Shown here: positions 1 through 11,956 of the stretch, piece after piece
How positions within the stretch are numbered: the first letter of the stretch is position 1
Layout: each line of letters starts with the position of its first letter
NCBI GenBank assembly: GCA_028534125.1
Contig: CM052817.1
Location: 55,988,001-56,052,000, forward strand
Length of the DNA stretch: 64,000 nt
Source: Lama glama
Lineage: Eukaryota
Reading direction: 5' to 3'
Notes under the pieces: generated by a model
Told to the model about the DNA's origin: nothing
The model's database searches: none
The model's input: the letters and a program-made list of their open reading frames with translations, nothing else
Program-made: the position numbers and the translations under genes

Positions 1-155
1 CATAACTAAGTGTACTCAAAACCAGGTGAGTCTGCTGGACTGTAAGTAGGGCCCTTTGCTATTTTATAACTTATGTAATCACTAAAATTATGAGTCCACA
101 AGCACATTTAGACAGCAGACATGTATCTTTGTTTGAGCTCTTTTCTTCCTAACAG

Positions 156-202
156 CTTTATATGCTAGAAATAGATATGCTCAAGAAAATCCAAATAATA
201 AG
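156..202 (+). other. Candidate plus-strand internal exon (47 nt) of a convergent transcript
   Basis: ttttcttcctaacag|CTTTAT...AATAAG|gtgagt; a second strong donor CCAG|gtgagt at 25/26 would give a 130-nt intron. Confidence 0.45.
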
Positions 203-348
203 GTGAGTCTGTCTGTGGTAACACTGGTATTTGCATTTTCATTATTAAATATAAAGAGCAAACATGAAAGGGTGAGAAATACTCATATGCATTGATTACT
301 ATGCTGATTTAACTGCCTTCAATAGAGAATATACTTTAGAAACTGTTT

Positions 349-406
349 TCACATAGATGACCTCAAACTTGTTTCTGATAGTTGTCTGCCTTTGAATATG
401 TGAAAC
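349..406 (-). pseudogene. Exon R (last visible; stop at 349-351 or donor near 300)
   Basis: cttgtttcttag|GTTTCA; FHIFKGRQLSETSLRSSM* in phase 2; 76-nt upstream intron. Confidence 0.45.
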
Positions 407-482
407 CTAAGAAACAAGCTACCTGTATTTTTACTCAGCTGCCTTACGACAAGGTTTGAAACACTAGAGTATACATTTTTAC

Positions 483-580
483 CTTGTCTTGTGATCAGAA
501 AACTAATTGATTTATAGCTATTCATTGAACAGTTGGGCAGTAATATCATTCTGACAGAACTTTTTACAAATTGGGAATAT
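483..580 (-). pseudogene. Exon Q (98 nt)
   Basis: gtatattttcag|ATATTC...GACAAG|gtaaaa; IFPICKKFCQNDITAQLFNE*L*IN*FSDHKT in phase 0. Confidence 0.55.
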
Positions 581-2773
581 CTGAAAATATACCTTTTATC
601 ATTTCTTTTCAATAGGCTATATTGGTTGAGTTATTCAATAAAATCACTACCTCAGCAAAACAGAAAACATCTGAAATAACACACAGTCTTTAAACATTAT
701 TTCTCCTTCATCATATTATTTGCTGCATTGAGTGAAGTGAGTTTGTTTGCCTTCTCACAATCTGCAAAGGTATCCTCATGAGTATCCACTTTATTTTAAA
801 AAAAGGAAATCACTTTCATGATAGATTTTCACATCAATTTCAAAATGCCTCCCAACTCTCAAATGTATTTAAACTTCTGTATACCTTAAATTCCTATCCA
901 GGATATAAATAAACACTTTCAATTAATGGATTAATGCAGAATTACTGTGGGCAGTTCAGGAAGTTAAATTCCATTACATTTCCTAAGTGTTAATCAATTA
1001 GTCATTGTCCTTAGCTATAGGTCATAACACTGGAGTGCCCCAAAAGAATTAATTCCCTACTCTGTTAAAAAACCAAAATATGCTTATAATTCAATTTGAT
1101 GAAAAATGTAATATTTATGGCTAATTTTACCTTTTCCTTTTCAATCTCATTCAAATTCTCCGCCCGTGCCCTTTGGGCAAGCACAGAAGCACACCTCTGC
1201 ACATCCACACATGACATGTGATTAAGCGTACTTCTAACAGCTGGCATGAGCTGTATACTAAATATTGTACCTATCAAGCTTTTACATGTTTTCATTTTAA
1301 AATTCCCATTTAAATGCAAATTCTGCCATTTAAATAGAGTCCTCTTGTGCTTTATTACACTATAATTACTATTTCCCATCTTCCTGGGACTGACTGCAAA
1401 AAAGGCCATAGGTCACTCTACCAGCCCTCTAAAAGTGCAATTGAAATCAGGAAGTCATCATCGCCAGCATTTGTGAGTGACACCCATTTGTTAAGGGAGA
1501 CCTGAGGGACTGATTCAAACAGTGCCCTAAAACCTGCCTTGTCCTGTGATTTATAGGAACAAGAACAAACAAAGCCCACAGCTACAATCCCTTCAGGTCC
1601 ATGTGAATTAAACAGTTTAGCCAGAATTTGGCACAAATATATAGTAACTGAAATGCTGCCCTCATTTTGAAAGGAGACACATGCCAAATGATACAATCCA
1701 ATCCCAATGTCAAGGGACAAGCAAGAAACACAAATGTATCTAGTTATTGCCCATTCTTACTGAATGAAATGCAGTCATGGGTTCAATTTGTATAAATGTT
1801 AAAACTAACATTTTCTATAGGACTGCTTATTTATATATTTTTATTTAAGTGCAGTCAATTATAATACAACTGCTTATTAATAACATGGGCACAAATATAA
1901 AGGATATACATAAAATATGTATTTGAAAGTCCTTAGGATTTACAAATATAAACTGAATACTACTAGTAATTTATGATTGTGTATCTGCAGAGTACCTACA
2001 AAACTCATGAGTTATAGCATTCTTAACATTTCATTCTTAGCATTTAATAAAACATTTAATAAAACCTTGAAACTATATATTTCATACGTGTATCCTGTGG
2101 TATATATGTGTGTGTGTATTTCGGATGGCTGGATTATGAATGGCACCAGTTTTAAAAAAAAAAAGCTTTCTATAGGCAAGTTAATCTCCAAAATGCTTGT
2201 TAAGTTTACTTGAATCTCCACTTTGAGAGTCTGCGTTGTACAGTGGAAAGAACATGGATATCTGAATCAGACAGCATGGATTCAAACAAAATTACAATGA
2301 CCAAATTGGTGTCCCTGAGCAAGATATTTAATCTCTCTCCGAAATTGGAAACTGAGAGTATAAAATATCTCAGAAGCTAACATATGACAGGCACAGATAT
2401 ATAGATGCAGAATATAGACAGGTTTAGATAATAATATCATTGAACACAGAGCACAGAACTTCCTCAGATATCCAATATTCCCACACATTTAGTTCCATAG
2501 TGATCACAGACAGGCATTGCTTGAATACAGGAAAAAGAGGCTCACCACTTTTCTCATAACTACTTAATACCTGTTCCTCTCTAATGATAATACATTTTCA
2601 GCTGAGTTCATTGGGTTACAAATCCTAGGGCCCTGAGTCCTGAAGGAGCCAAACACAATCATTTATATACAGGGTAGGTTCAATTTGAGCCCTGTCATCC
2701 TTGACAGTATCCCTTTAAAGTGTACTAAATCACCAACTAGAAATATATTCTTTGTTTTACTGTTTGTTCTTAC

Positions 2774-2831
2774 CTTGACTTCTTGTGATCTTGTCTCTAA
2801 AACTGAAGTAAATGAGGTTTCATTTTCTAAG
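2774..2831 (-). pseudogene. Exon P (58 nt)
   Basis: aaatttcag|CTTAGA...GTCAAG|gtaaga; open LENETSFTSVLETRSQEVK, phase 2 to 0. Confidence 0.6.
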
Positions 2832-2894
2832 CTGAAATTTAATATCATACTTGAAGAAATAAAATTATGAAGCCAACTTAAACATTACTCATAC

Positions 2895-3082
2895 AGCTCT
2901 GATTTTGGTAGCCACTGATTCACATTGAACTTTTTAAAGCATATCATGTCAAATTTGCTCTTTCTGTCAACTATATTATTTATTTCTCATTGTCATCTGG
3001 AATTATTTCTCTTATCAATACTGAGATAGTTGTTTCCAAAATGTTCTAATAATTACTCTAGCTTTTGCAATTTTTCTTTCAG
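2895..3082 (-). pseudogene. Exon O (188 nt)
   Basis: taataaattag|CTGAAA...AGAGCT|gtatga; LKEKLQKLE*LLEHFGNNYLSIDKRNNSR*Q*EINNIVDRKSKFDMICFKKFNVNQWLPKSE, phase 0 to 2, fits neighbours; following intron only 63 nt. Confidence 0.4.
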
Positions 3083-3282
3083 CTAATTTATTAAAATTTG
3101 GAATGCACTTATAAAAATATAAATACAGTTTAAAACCTGGAGCATTCTTCAGCATATGATAAAATTATTTAGTATTTTATATACTTATAAAAAGTCACTT
3201 AAGAGGTCAACACTCTCTTTAGCATAGGACAAAGGATCAAATCACCAAGGCTCCACATTTCCAACAATCTGGCTATACTTAC

Positions 3283-3506
3283 ACAGCCGATAAAGCTGCA
3301 ACTATCAGAGCCCTTGGGGGAACTTTCTGGCAAACCAGACCATAGAGTTCAATATTCTACTCGATGTACAGATTTGGATTCTACTCAATTAGAAGTGCCA
3401 TTTTTCGATTTAAATGTTATTTTAAATGCTGTTTTCAATTATTAAGACTACAAGTTTTAATTTTCCTTCCCAAACTGTTTATTAAATTGTCTCCTACTAT
3501 TATATT
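3283..3506 (-). pseudogene. Exon N (~224 nt; alternative acceptor at 3525)
   Basis: Strong donor GGCTGT|gtaagt; acceptor attcttccag; heavily stopped, ends TLWSGLPESSPKGSDSCSFIGC. Confidence 0.45.
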
Positions 3507-3869
3507 CTGGAAGAATTTTTACTCCCTACATTCATTTTTAGAAATTAACACTATGGCCCAGGCACGTATTTACATACAGAAAATGGATAAATATTCTTTA
3601 AGCTTTACACTGTGGTTTTGTCTTTACCCTTATTCTATTTTCTATACAACAATATTTGAACTCGGCAAATTGTTTCAGAATGTTAGTGGAACTCAATTGC
3701 TTTTGTCAAGATATTAACAATATCAGTAATTGAATCTTTTTCCCCTTCCATTCATGGTACTGGCTACATTATGACATCTCTAGTTTCTAACAGTTCAACA
3801 GATTATTGCTTAACTTACTCAAACTTCAAAAAGTGGAGCACTGGTAGAAGACTCTAATTTCATCCACCT

Positions 3870-4640
3870 GTATTTTATTCACTTACTCTTTCACGCAACA
3901 CAAATATATCTTGAGTGCTCCCTCTATGCTAATCACTAATTCAGGTACTGGGGAAAGAGGTGTGAGTCTGTCAGATTAATTCTCTGCCTTAATAAATTCT
4001 TAAATTTAGTGCAGAGAGGTGGAGTGAAGAAAATGCAAAAATAAAAATATACTCAAATAAATATATTTCATGAGTCATTCACAAGTGCTACAAGGAAAAT
4101 AAAGAGGAGCAAAGTGGAAAAGATTAGGGGCTAGGAAAAGATTATAGATGAAGTATTCAGAAAAGTCCTTTATGATGGTCTGACTCGTGAAAAGAAACCT
4201 GAGTAAGGTGAGTGAGGATCTTAGCAATATTTGGGGGAAAACTATTTCACTCAGAAAATAGTATGGAAAGATCCTGAAAGGGTAAGTATTTGTTATGTTC
4301 AAAGTTCAAAAACGCTGGCTGATTGGAGTTGAGTGAGCAAAGAAGGAGACTGATTATAAGTGAGGTCAGGGGGTTGCCAAATGCCACATCATGTGGGGCC
4401 TTTGAAATTCAAAGCAAAGACTTTGAAATTTGATCTCTGTTACAGAAAATATTTTGTTTTCAAAGAAATCACTTGGGCTACTATCTGGAAAATTGTCTTG
4501 TCAGTGAAAGAGTGGACAGAGTTATACCAGTCTGAGGCTCTGGAAAGATGGTGCTGACATGCACAAAGGAGGTGGCAGTGCGAATGGCAGCAACAGAAGG
4601 CCAGGTAACTATATGTATATTTAAAGTGAGAGCTTATAGG
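3870..4640 (-). mobile_element. L2 LINE fragment (3' region)
   Basis: Begins with a degenerate reverse L2 tail (ttattcacttactc...caaatatatcttgagtgctccctctatgc), followed by typical L2 purine-rich body. Confidence 0.65.
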
Positions 4641-4669
4641 ACATGCTAGCCCTTTCGTTTCACAGGATA

Positions 4670-5815
4670 ACACCCTGATCGTTGAAGTCTTCCTTTCTCT
4701 CCCGACAAACTATTCATCAGCAAACTATGCTGGCTGACTCTTTAAAACATATTCAGAGTCCAGAGGACTCACTTGCTTCATTGCTACGAACATGAGTCAA
4801 GTCTGATTTGTTTCTTGCACAGATGAATGCCTCCTCCCTGGTCATCACATTTATGTCCTTGCCCCCACATTTTCTGCTGTCAATACAGCAACAGGAAGAT
4901 CTCGCTAATCTGTAGAAAAGATCATTTTACTTTTCTGTTCAAAGCCTGGAAGTGGCTTTAGCTGATCTGGCCATAATTACTTCTTCAATTTCGTTCTTTC
5001 TACTCTCTCCTCCAGCAACGTTAGCTCTGTTGCTGTTCAGGATCTCACAACACAAATCTCTACCCTCGGATCTTTGTGTTTTCTCTGCCCTCTGTCTAGA
5101 ATTCTCTTCCTCACAGGTGACTGTCTCACCCTCTACCTACTGCATGTCTTCATTTAGTGTCAACATCTGTTACACTTTCCGTGATTTACTATTTTAAATT
5201 GTACCCCCAAATCTAAACTTTCTATTTAACTTTCCTGTTTTATTTGACTTAATAATATCTATATATAATCTATATAGTCTATGTATTTGACTTATTATCA
5301 TATGCCAGTGCCCAAGTAGTAATAATTCGTGCTGCTCACAGAATACATCCAGCTTTCCAGCTCTTGAACACATGGGAGGATTACGTTTTCTGAGCCTTTT
5401 CTGTTTGAGTGGGATCATGTGACTAGTTCTAATGATGTGTGAACAACACTGCTGTTGATCATTTCTGTTCTGGGGCACTTGCTCACTGGTGTGAGACCCT
5501 TCAGTACTCTTTCCTTATCCCTCTGTGACTGGTAGAAATAACAGCAGCTACAAAATCAGTCTGGGCTGCAGAGTGAGAACATAAAAAACAGATCCCCCAG
5601 CTAATCTGTAATAAAGATTCAACTTGTATACGATAAACCTTCATAGTTTTAAACTTCTAAGAGTATAGAGTTATTTAATAGAGCAGCATTATCCTGGTCT
5701 ATGTCATCGAAGATTTCTGTCTCCTTTACTTATTGTTGCATCCTTAGCAACTATAAGAGTATTCTGCACACAGTAACTTCTCAAAAAAAAATTTGCTGAA
5801 TTAATAAATTAAACA
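4670..5815 (+). mobile_element. L2 LINE fragment interrupted by a MaLR LTR
   Basis: L2-like pyrimidine-rich body; resumes after ~5705 and ends gcacacagtaacttctcaaaaaaaaatttgctgaattaataaat. Confidence 0.6.
5305..5705 (+). mobile_element. MLT1-type (ERVL-MaLR) solo LTR
   Basis: gggatcatgtgactagttct...gtgtgagacccttcagtactct...aaaccttcatagttttaaacttctaagag...agcagcattatcct resembles old MLT1. Confidence 0.6.
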
Positions 5816-6480
5816 TTCAGTGACTACTAACTGCCAGATTATAATTATCTCTCTGTTGTAGTCAAGGATGGTCCCTCACTGAACACTGCCATTAACCATC
5901 CAACTTCTTAGTCTCCATGGAAGAAAAAGCTTTTCATTGGAATATCTTTGTGATTATAATGCTGGATTTGGAATGTTTATTAGCCTTGGGGGATTATAGG
6001 AAAGCCAAAGCCTTTCCTAGAATTTGATTTGTATGACTGTACTGTCAACCATGGTGAATATTTATGGGAGGGAAGGCTAGAGAAAATTAAATGAAATGAG
6101 AAATTAGGAATGTTTGCCAAATGCCATACATATCTGTTATGAGTCATTATCAAGAAAGAATACTTTGTTCAACCATACAATCCTTTTGCAGAAAAGATAG
6201 TCTAGTAAAACAGAGAATTCACTCTGAATCAAGGGGGAAAGAAAAGTCTCTGCCCTGCCCAGAGTAAAACACAAATTCAGGAGGGTGGCACTGCAGTCTG
6301 TTACGTAGGCTTGATCATAATGTTGCTCCAGGCTAGTTTTGAAAAAAAAATTTAAAATAATGAGCCATAAATACCATAGCTGTCACTGGAAAGCAAGTAT
6401 AGTTTATGATCTAACATGGCTATGTAAATGATTCTAGGCAGCTAACTCCGTGAGAACAAGAAGCAGCTGGACACACTCAC

Positions 6481-6663
6481 AGCCATAGTTGATATTAAAA
6501 CAACCGAAGGAAAGTAAGGAATTACTCAGCAGCTTTTGACAGGTTTTTAGGGAATCAGCAATTTTATTTTTCTCTCTTTCCTATACAGAGTGCCTCTTAA
6601 GTTGTTTTAGTTTCTGACGTTTAGTCAGATTTTTAACAGTTGCTTAAAATCTCTTGAGATTTT
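6481..6663 (-). pseudogene. Exon M (183 nt, IQ-like motif)
   Basis: tcatcattttttaag|AAAATC...ATGGCT|gtgagt; QNLKRF*ATVKNLTKRQKLKQLKRHSV*EREKNKIADSLKTCQKLLSNSLLSFGCFNINYG. Confidence 0.62.
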
Positions 6664-6678
6664 CTTAAAAAATGATGA

Positions 6679-6742
6679 CAGAAACCATCACTAATAATGG
6701 CTACTATTAGCCATTAGTAGCCATTATTAGTGATGGTTTCTG
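6679..6742. repeat. Perfect inverted repeat: 28-bp arms, 8-nt loop
   Basis: cagaaaccatcactaataatggctacta (6679-6706), loop ttagccat, tagtagccattattagtgatggtttctg (6715-6742); arms are exact reverse complements. Confidence 0.97.
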
Positions 6743-7161
6743 AGGAACCAGAGAGGATGTTAGACTCTAGAAAACTTTACAGATCTCTGACTTCCAAGGA
6801 TGATCCTACTTATAAGAGCACATGACCTCACATTTATAACTTAATAGACAAGGTGGAGATAAATAACCTTTTTTTCCCAGGTAAAATGACAGATTCAGAT
6901 ATCCGAAAAACATGGGCCACATTTGAGACTCAAAGTTGAAATTCATCCCTTAGTTTTCAATAATATGTAATAGCCTAAAATGTAAGCATCACATATTCTT
7001 GATGTTAATTATATGACATTTACCATCATCTTAAACTATGTCATATGTATTACATCATACATCATATATAATTTATTTATATATATATATGTCAGGAGTT
7101 AGCTTTCCTATATCATTTGAATTTTCTATATGATTAAATTTGGCCTACAGTTACTTCTTAC

Positions 7162-7194
7162 GAAGTATTTCTTTTTTGACTAATAATTCACAGC
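7162..7194 (-). pseudogene. Exon L (33 nt)
   Basis: tttatttattag|GCTGTG...TACTTC|gtaaga; GCELLVKKEIL, phase 1 to 1, open. Confidence 0.55.
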
Positions 7195-7912
7195 CTAATA
7201 AATAAACATTTAGGTAATATATATATAAGTGAAGCTGAATTAAACAATGATAAAACAAAGTCTTTTTAAATTATGGTAATTTAAACAACTGTGTTATGAT
7301 TTAGGGTCTAGAATATCACAGCTGTAGTATAGTCACAAAGCTTAAATGCACAACTTTAGTTAAATCAATTCAGCTCTATATTCATGATCTGATAAAAATA
7401 CGGACACTTATAAGGTCAGACTTCAGTCCAATCTTTCTATCTACATATGTTTAAATTTTCCTAGCTTTTGGGTTAAAACACATTCCAGAAACACTTGTAT
7501 TGGCATTCTATAACATTACTAATTACCTTTAAAAAAAACAAGGGGGAGGCAGGCCAAAATCCACGGGATTCTATTTTATGAAGCTGATAGTAAGTGGTAC
7601 AGACTTAATTCATTTTAATTTCTTACTCATTGGGTAGGAGTGTTCATGCCCATTGCAGACTATTTTAAGGCAATGGTACTATGGGGAATTTATAGGCAAG
7701 GCAATATTTCCAGTGGTTAAGGTTCAGACATCTGTTTGTTCTCTATTTTATGTCCAGTAACTTTCTTAAGAGTACATGAGTTACCCTGTTTAAATTTAGT
7801 ATGTATAACCCTATTTATAACCCTAATTCAAGCCCAGGTATCAATAAGCCCATGAAAGCTTACCAATTAGTATGTTTCAGCAGATAAAATTATCTGCTTT
7901 ATCAGAGCCTAC

Positions 7913-8536
7913 CTTGTAGAAGTGCCAAAGCCAATCACCTCCCTTTAACTTTTTGTTGTATAAATTTCCTTCAGTAAAATTCGGATTTCTTATTGAGTCA
8001 AATTGTGGACTTCTTTTTAGTTTTGTGTCTCCACCTCCATATCCAGATTTTCAATTTATTTGCTTTCATTGTCTTTTTTGTTTGTTTTTATTTCAGGTAT
8101 AATTTAGGGAGTTCCTCACTACTCTACTCATTTTTATTTTCCTTCTTGCAGGTCTCAAATCAGTATTGCCAGGGTTAAGGTTGTCCCTATGGCTATGGTT
8201 GTTTTATTGCACTGAAGAATCCTGGGCTAGAGCTAGGTTTGCTCTGCCAAGGGTGTGCCATGAGTGTCTTTCCCTGTGGATCTAAATATCAGGATCTTTG
8301 TTATGATAAAAGCTTGAGCAACAGCAGTAACAGAGGCATTCTGCAGGGTCCTAGTGAGCCTTCTGCTTTAAAGACTGATTTCAACATGCCACATTGGTAA
8401 CTAATACTGTTTAACGGAAGTAACCATCCAACTGGTCCATATACTGCAGGGCATCAGTCTTCTCTAAGTACTCTACAAAATGGGGATCAATTTTGTTTGA
8501 GGCATTACCAATCGTAACACGGTAAGAGTATTCTTC
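7913..8536 (-). pseudogene. Exon K (large, ~624 nt, internal frameshifts)
   Basis: actactctcag|GAAGAA...TACAAG|gtaggc; starts EEYSYRVTIGNASNKIDPHFVEYLEKTDALQYMDQLDGYFR*; 3' end in a shifted frame reads NKKSEFY*RKFIQQKVKGR*LALALLQ; could be two exons. Confidence 0.5.
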
Positions 8537-8774
8537 CTGAGAGTAGTATATTTCACAATTTACACTAGGATTGAGACATATAATTCAATCTGAGATGCAC
8601 AGATACATCTGGGTTAAGATTCACGATCAACCACTTTTAAAAGAGCCCCACTCCCATTCTCCTGTCCCTCTTCACCAATTATCAAATCTTCTGACTTAGG
8701 TAGATTAAATTTATAACAGAGGCTCAGTAGGGTTTAGCCAATGTAGCACAGAGAAACATAAATGAAAGTGTAAG

Positions 8775-9256
8775 TTGTCAACAGGCAACAGAGCCAGCTG
8801 GCAAGCCACAGCGTGAGAAGACTCCCAGTGGTGGTGGTCATCACCTGGATGCTCCCATGTTCACTGTGTGATCATGACAGTATTGGAGATGAGCCCTACC
8901 CTTAATTTGGTTTGGATGTCAAGACTGATGGTGCCACATTTGTACCAAGACAGTATGAGAATGGTTTCTTATTCACATAATGAGGTTTTCTGAGAAGAAC
9001 AGGGCTGGCTCTCAAGCTGGTCTGAAAAGGCTTGAGAGAACTGGGAAAGGAGAATGGCTTGGTTTTTATGGTGGTTAGCAAATGTCACCTGGGTGAGAGT
9101 TCCTACTCTGGCTGGGGCTTCTTTGGATTAAACTTCTGCCTGCACCAAAGGAGGGAGAACTTGAGTTTTCTTATCAGATTGTCAGATTTGAGGAGTGGTT
9201 GAGTTTGAAATATGTCAGTAATCAAAAATGAAAAATGGAATTAGATTCATTATTAT
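8775..9256 (-). mobile_element. ERVL-type LTR (MER74/MER76-like)
   Basis: Reverse complement starts aataataatgaatctaattccatttttcatttttgattactgacatatttcaa, similar to the 5' end of these LTRs as I recall it. Confidence 0.55.
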
Positions 9257-11439
9257 TCTCAACTACCTTTAGTTCATTTCATTTTCTTTTCCACTCCAAT
9301 TTCCACATATTAAACTCATGACAAACAAGTTCAGCACAAAAATTAAAAATATCATCCCATAAGTCAAATTGTTTTTCAATATGTCTAAGAGGATGGACCA
9401 TCCACGTCATTATTGGCTCTTAGACCATGTAACTGGTCCCTGCTTTCTCTTTGTCCTTCTAAGACCAAGTAAAGCTTAGCAATTATCAGTCCAGTTCAGG
9501 ACAGGAAAGAGAAACAACTGTAGGTAGCCAAAGCAACAAATACTGAATACAGAAATGAGGTGCTTATAAAATGGCTGGAGGGTTTCTAAGGAGTAGGCTT
9601 TAGGCTGAGACGTAAGAAATAACTTCTAGAAATACAGAAATGATCCAACAAATGAGCTACAATCTAACAGCTACTACTAAAGCTATACCATAATTAACTG
9701 TATACCATCAATTCCTTAAAAAAAAAAAAATGGTTGCTGTACAAAGTTAAAGTAGCAGTACATGTGAAGTGCTCTCTTAGCACGCCCTCTAGGACACAAT
9801 AGTGATGATGGCTTGTGTTTGCTATGGTAGCTTTTTCTTTTTGCCATCTATAGCTTAAATCACATCAAGGTTTTATAGTGTCTATTATTTTGTTTTTCTA
9901 TTTTTGAAATATCGCTGTAGTCACTCTATCTTTCAGTATCATTGACTTATTTCTGTTCATTTCAGCAAATTATAAGAATGTGTAAAATACTTTGGAAATC
10001 TAATCAACTTTCTGAAATTCTTCTTTATTGTACAATGTGCTAATTGCTAAGTGCTGATTTATTTCACGGATATGGACCTGATTTTCCTGGAGAGTTAAGC
10101 TTAAGTATTTTTTCTATGTGGCCATTAAAGCAAATAATTCTCTCTAATATTCTTCATATTTTTCAAAAATGATTCCCTATAAATTGGATCATAACTTAAA
10201 CATTAAGAGAAACAGAATATTGAAATATATTTTGTGCTCTTATATGCCAAAATAATAGAAGGTACAGAAATCAAAATTTAAAAGAAAAAGGTCCTCGCTT
10301 TCCAAAGGGCAAAGATGGGAGTCTCAAATCCAAATCCCTCTACACATTCTTCAAAACTACAAGTCAACATGAGAAGCAAATAGATCCACATATAACCAAA
10401 TGTCTATGGCATCAGTGGAGATACTCTATATGTGGGCAGACAGATAAAATTTCTGAAACCATCAAAGACATAAGTTTTTCAAAATATTTAGCCTAAGTGA
10501 ACGAAAGAATATATATTCTGGTATTGCATAGTTCTACATAAAATAAAATTGTTAAAACTTCTGTGTTAGCTGCACTTTACACATCTAGTAAGCCTACCTT
10601 CTAAATATCAGACTTCAAAGAAACAATAAAAACAGCTATTTCTTAGAACAGATAGACTTACTCTGACTTTTTCTTGAAAAAAAGGAAACAATTTTGAAGA
10701 ATTGTTCAAATTTTCTTACTGAAGAATTTTGCTAAAATTTTCAGAATAATTATTTTTCTATCATCTATAGCAAGTGAGTCATATGCACACTTATGTCAAA
10801 CTGTCATCAAAATATAGAAGTTACATTTTTAACTGAATATCATGTTTTTCAGTTTTACATCATTTTAGATATTGTGGCAGAATACAGACTGCTGCAGGGT
10901 AACGACATTCTTACAAATATTTCTAAACTTCTAGAATATTGAATAACCAGCTAAATTACCAAATCCATAAAGAGAATTAAATTTTTCTCGATACTTAAAA
11001 TATATTTCAATTTTTGAACTTTAATTCCTAAATTCTGAGCAACACAATTCCAATTCCATGTTGAAAAAGAAAAATTCACATTTAGAAAAGACTATTCTAG
11101 TGTTATGAGCAAAAGAGTATGACAAATAAATGTTTTATAAACATGAATTCTAACGAAATTAATTGAGGTTCAGAAATATATAGACAAGTTCTGCATTCCT
11201 TATAGCTAGAGAAGTAATAGGACTGCTGGCAAAAACAAAATATTATTCAAAACAGAAAACAGAATGAACTCATTACAAGACTTACTTCCAGGACTTAGAC
11301 CTAAACACAGAGAATTAGAAGCCACATCAGATGGAAGCTATGATACCTGGAAGGATCCTCTCTGATAAACTAAGCCAATGAGAAACTAACATACTGGCTT
11401 GACCAGGAGGGGAGTAGGTATAGTATATAGAAGAGTTAT

Positions 11440-11670
11440 GCATCAGTATAGTGTTATGCCTTTGACCTGGGCAGAGTTCAGAACTCACTTCATGCTCTGG
11501 ATCTCAGTTAAGTTATTTTACTTTCACTAGTCCTTTATATCTTCAGTACGAAATAAGAAGACTAATACTTATATCATGAATTAGCTGTGGGGATTAAAAA
11601 AATATTCTGTGTAAACAGTTTCATATAATGACTGGTATACAGAAAACTCAATGAACAGTAAACTGTGGTA
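11440..11670 (+). mobile_element. MIR SINE
   Basis: MIR core-like: aagttattttactttcactagtcctttatatcttcagtacgaaataagaagactaatacttatatcatg...gtggggattaaa. Confidence 0.6.
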
Positions 11671-11852
11671 AGAGTGTCTCATTTAGGAATTATAGTATTT
11701 GAATACACTCTCTTTATTGAAAATAATTTAGTGCTATTTTAGTTTTAGCATAATTGCTTTCTTATTTCTATTTTAATTTAAAGGTATTTTAGTATACTTT
11801 TAAATTAAATATTCTTATTAAGTTTACTGTTATAGACAGGCAAACACCTTAC

Positions 11853-11956
11853 TTGTGATCCATTCAAAACAAGTCGGGGTTTTTTTTTGGCTCTAAATCC
11901 TCTGTTATCATAAGAGACTTAATTTTTCATTGCTTTGTGGTTGTCTTCAACACAGC
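11853..11956 (-). pseudogene. Exon J (104 nt)
   Basis: ttacatttag|GCTGTG...TCACAA|gtaagg; GCVEDNHKAMKN*VSYDNRGFRAKKKPRLVLNGSQ, phase 1 to 0. Confidence 0.62.

Noticed and set aside
8152..8521. Plus-strand acceptor (ttcttgcag) and donor (ACG|gtaaga)
   Set aside because: Explained as the reverse complement of purine-rich exon K; no continuous plus-strand frame
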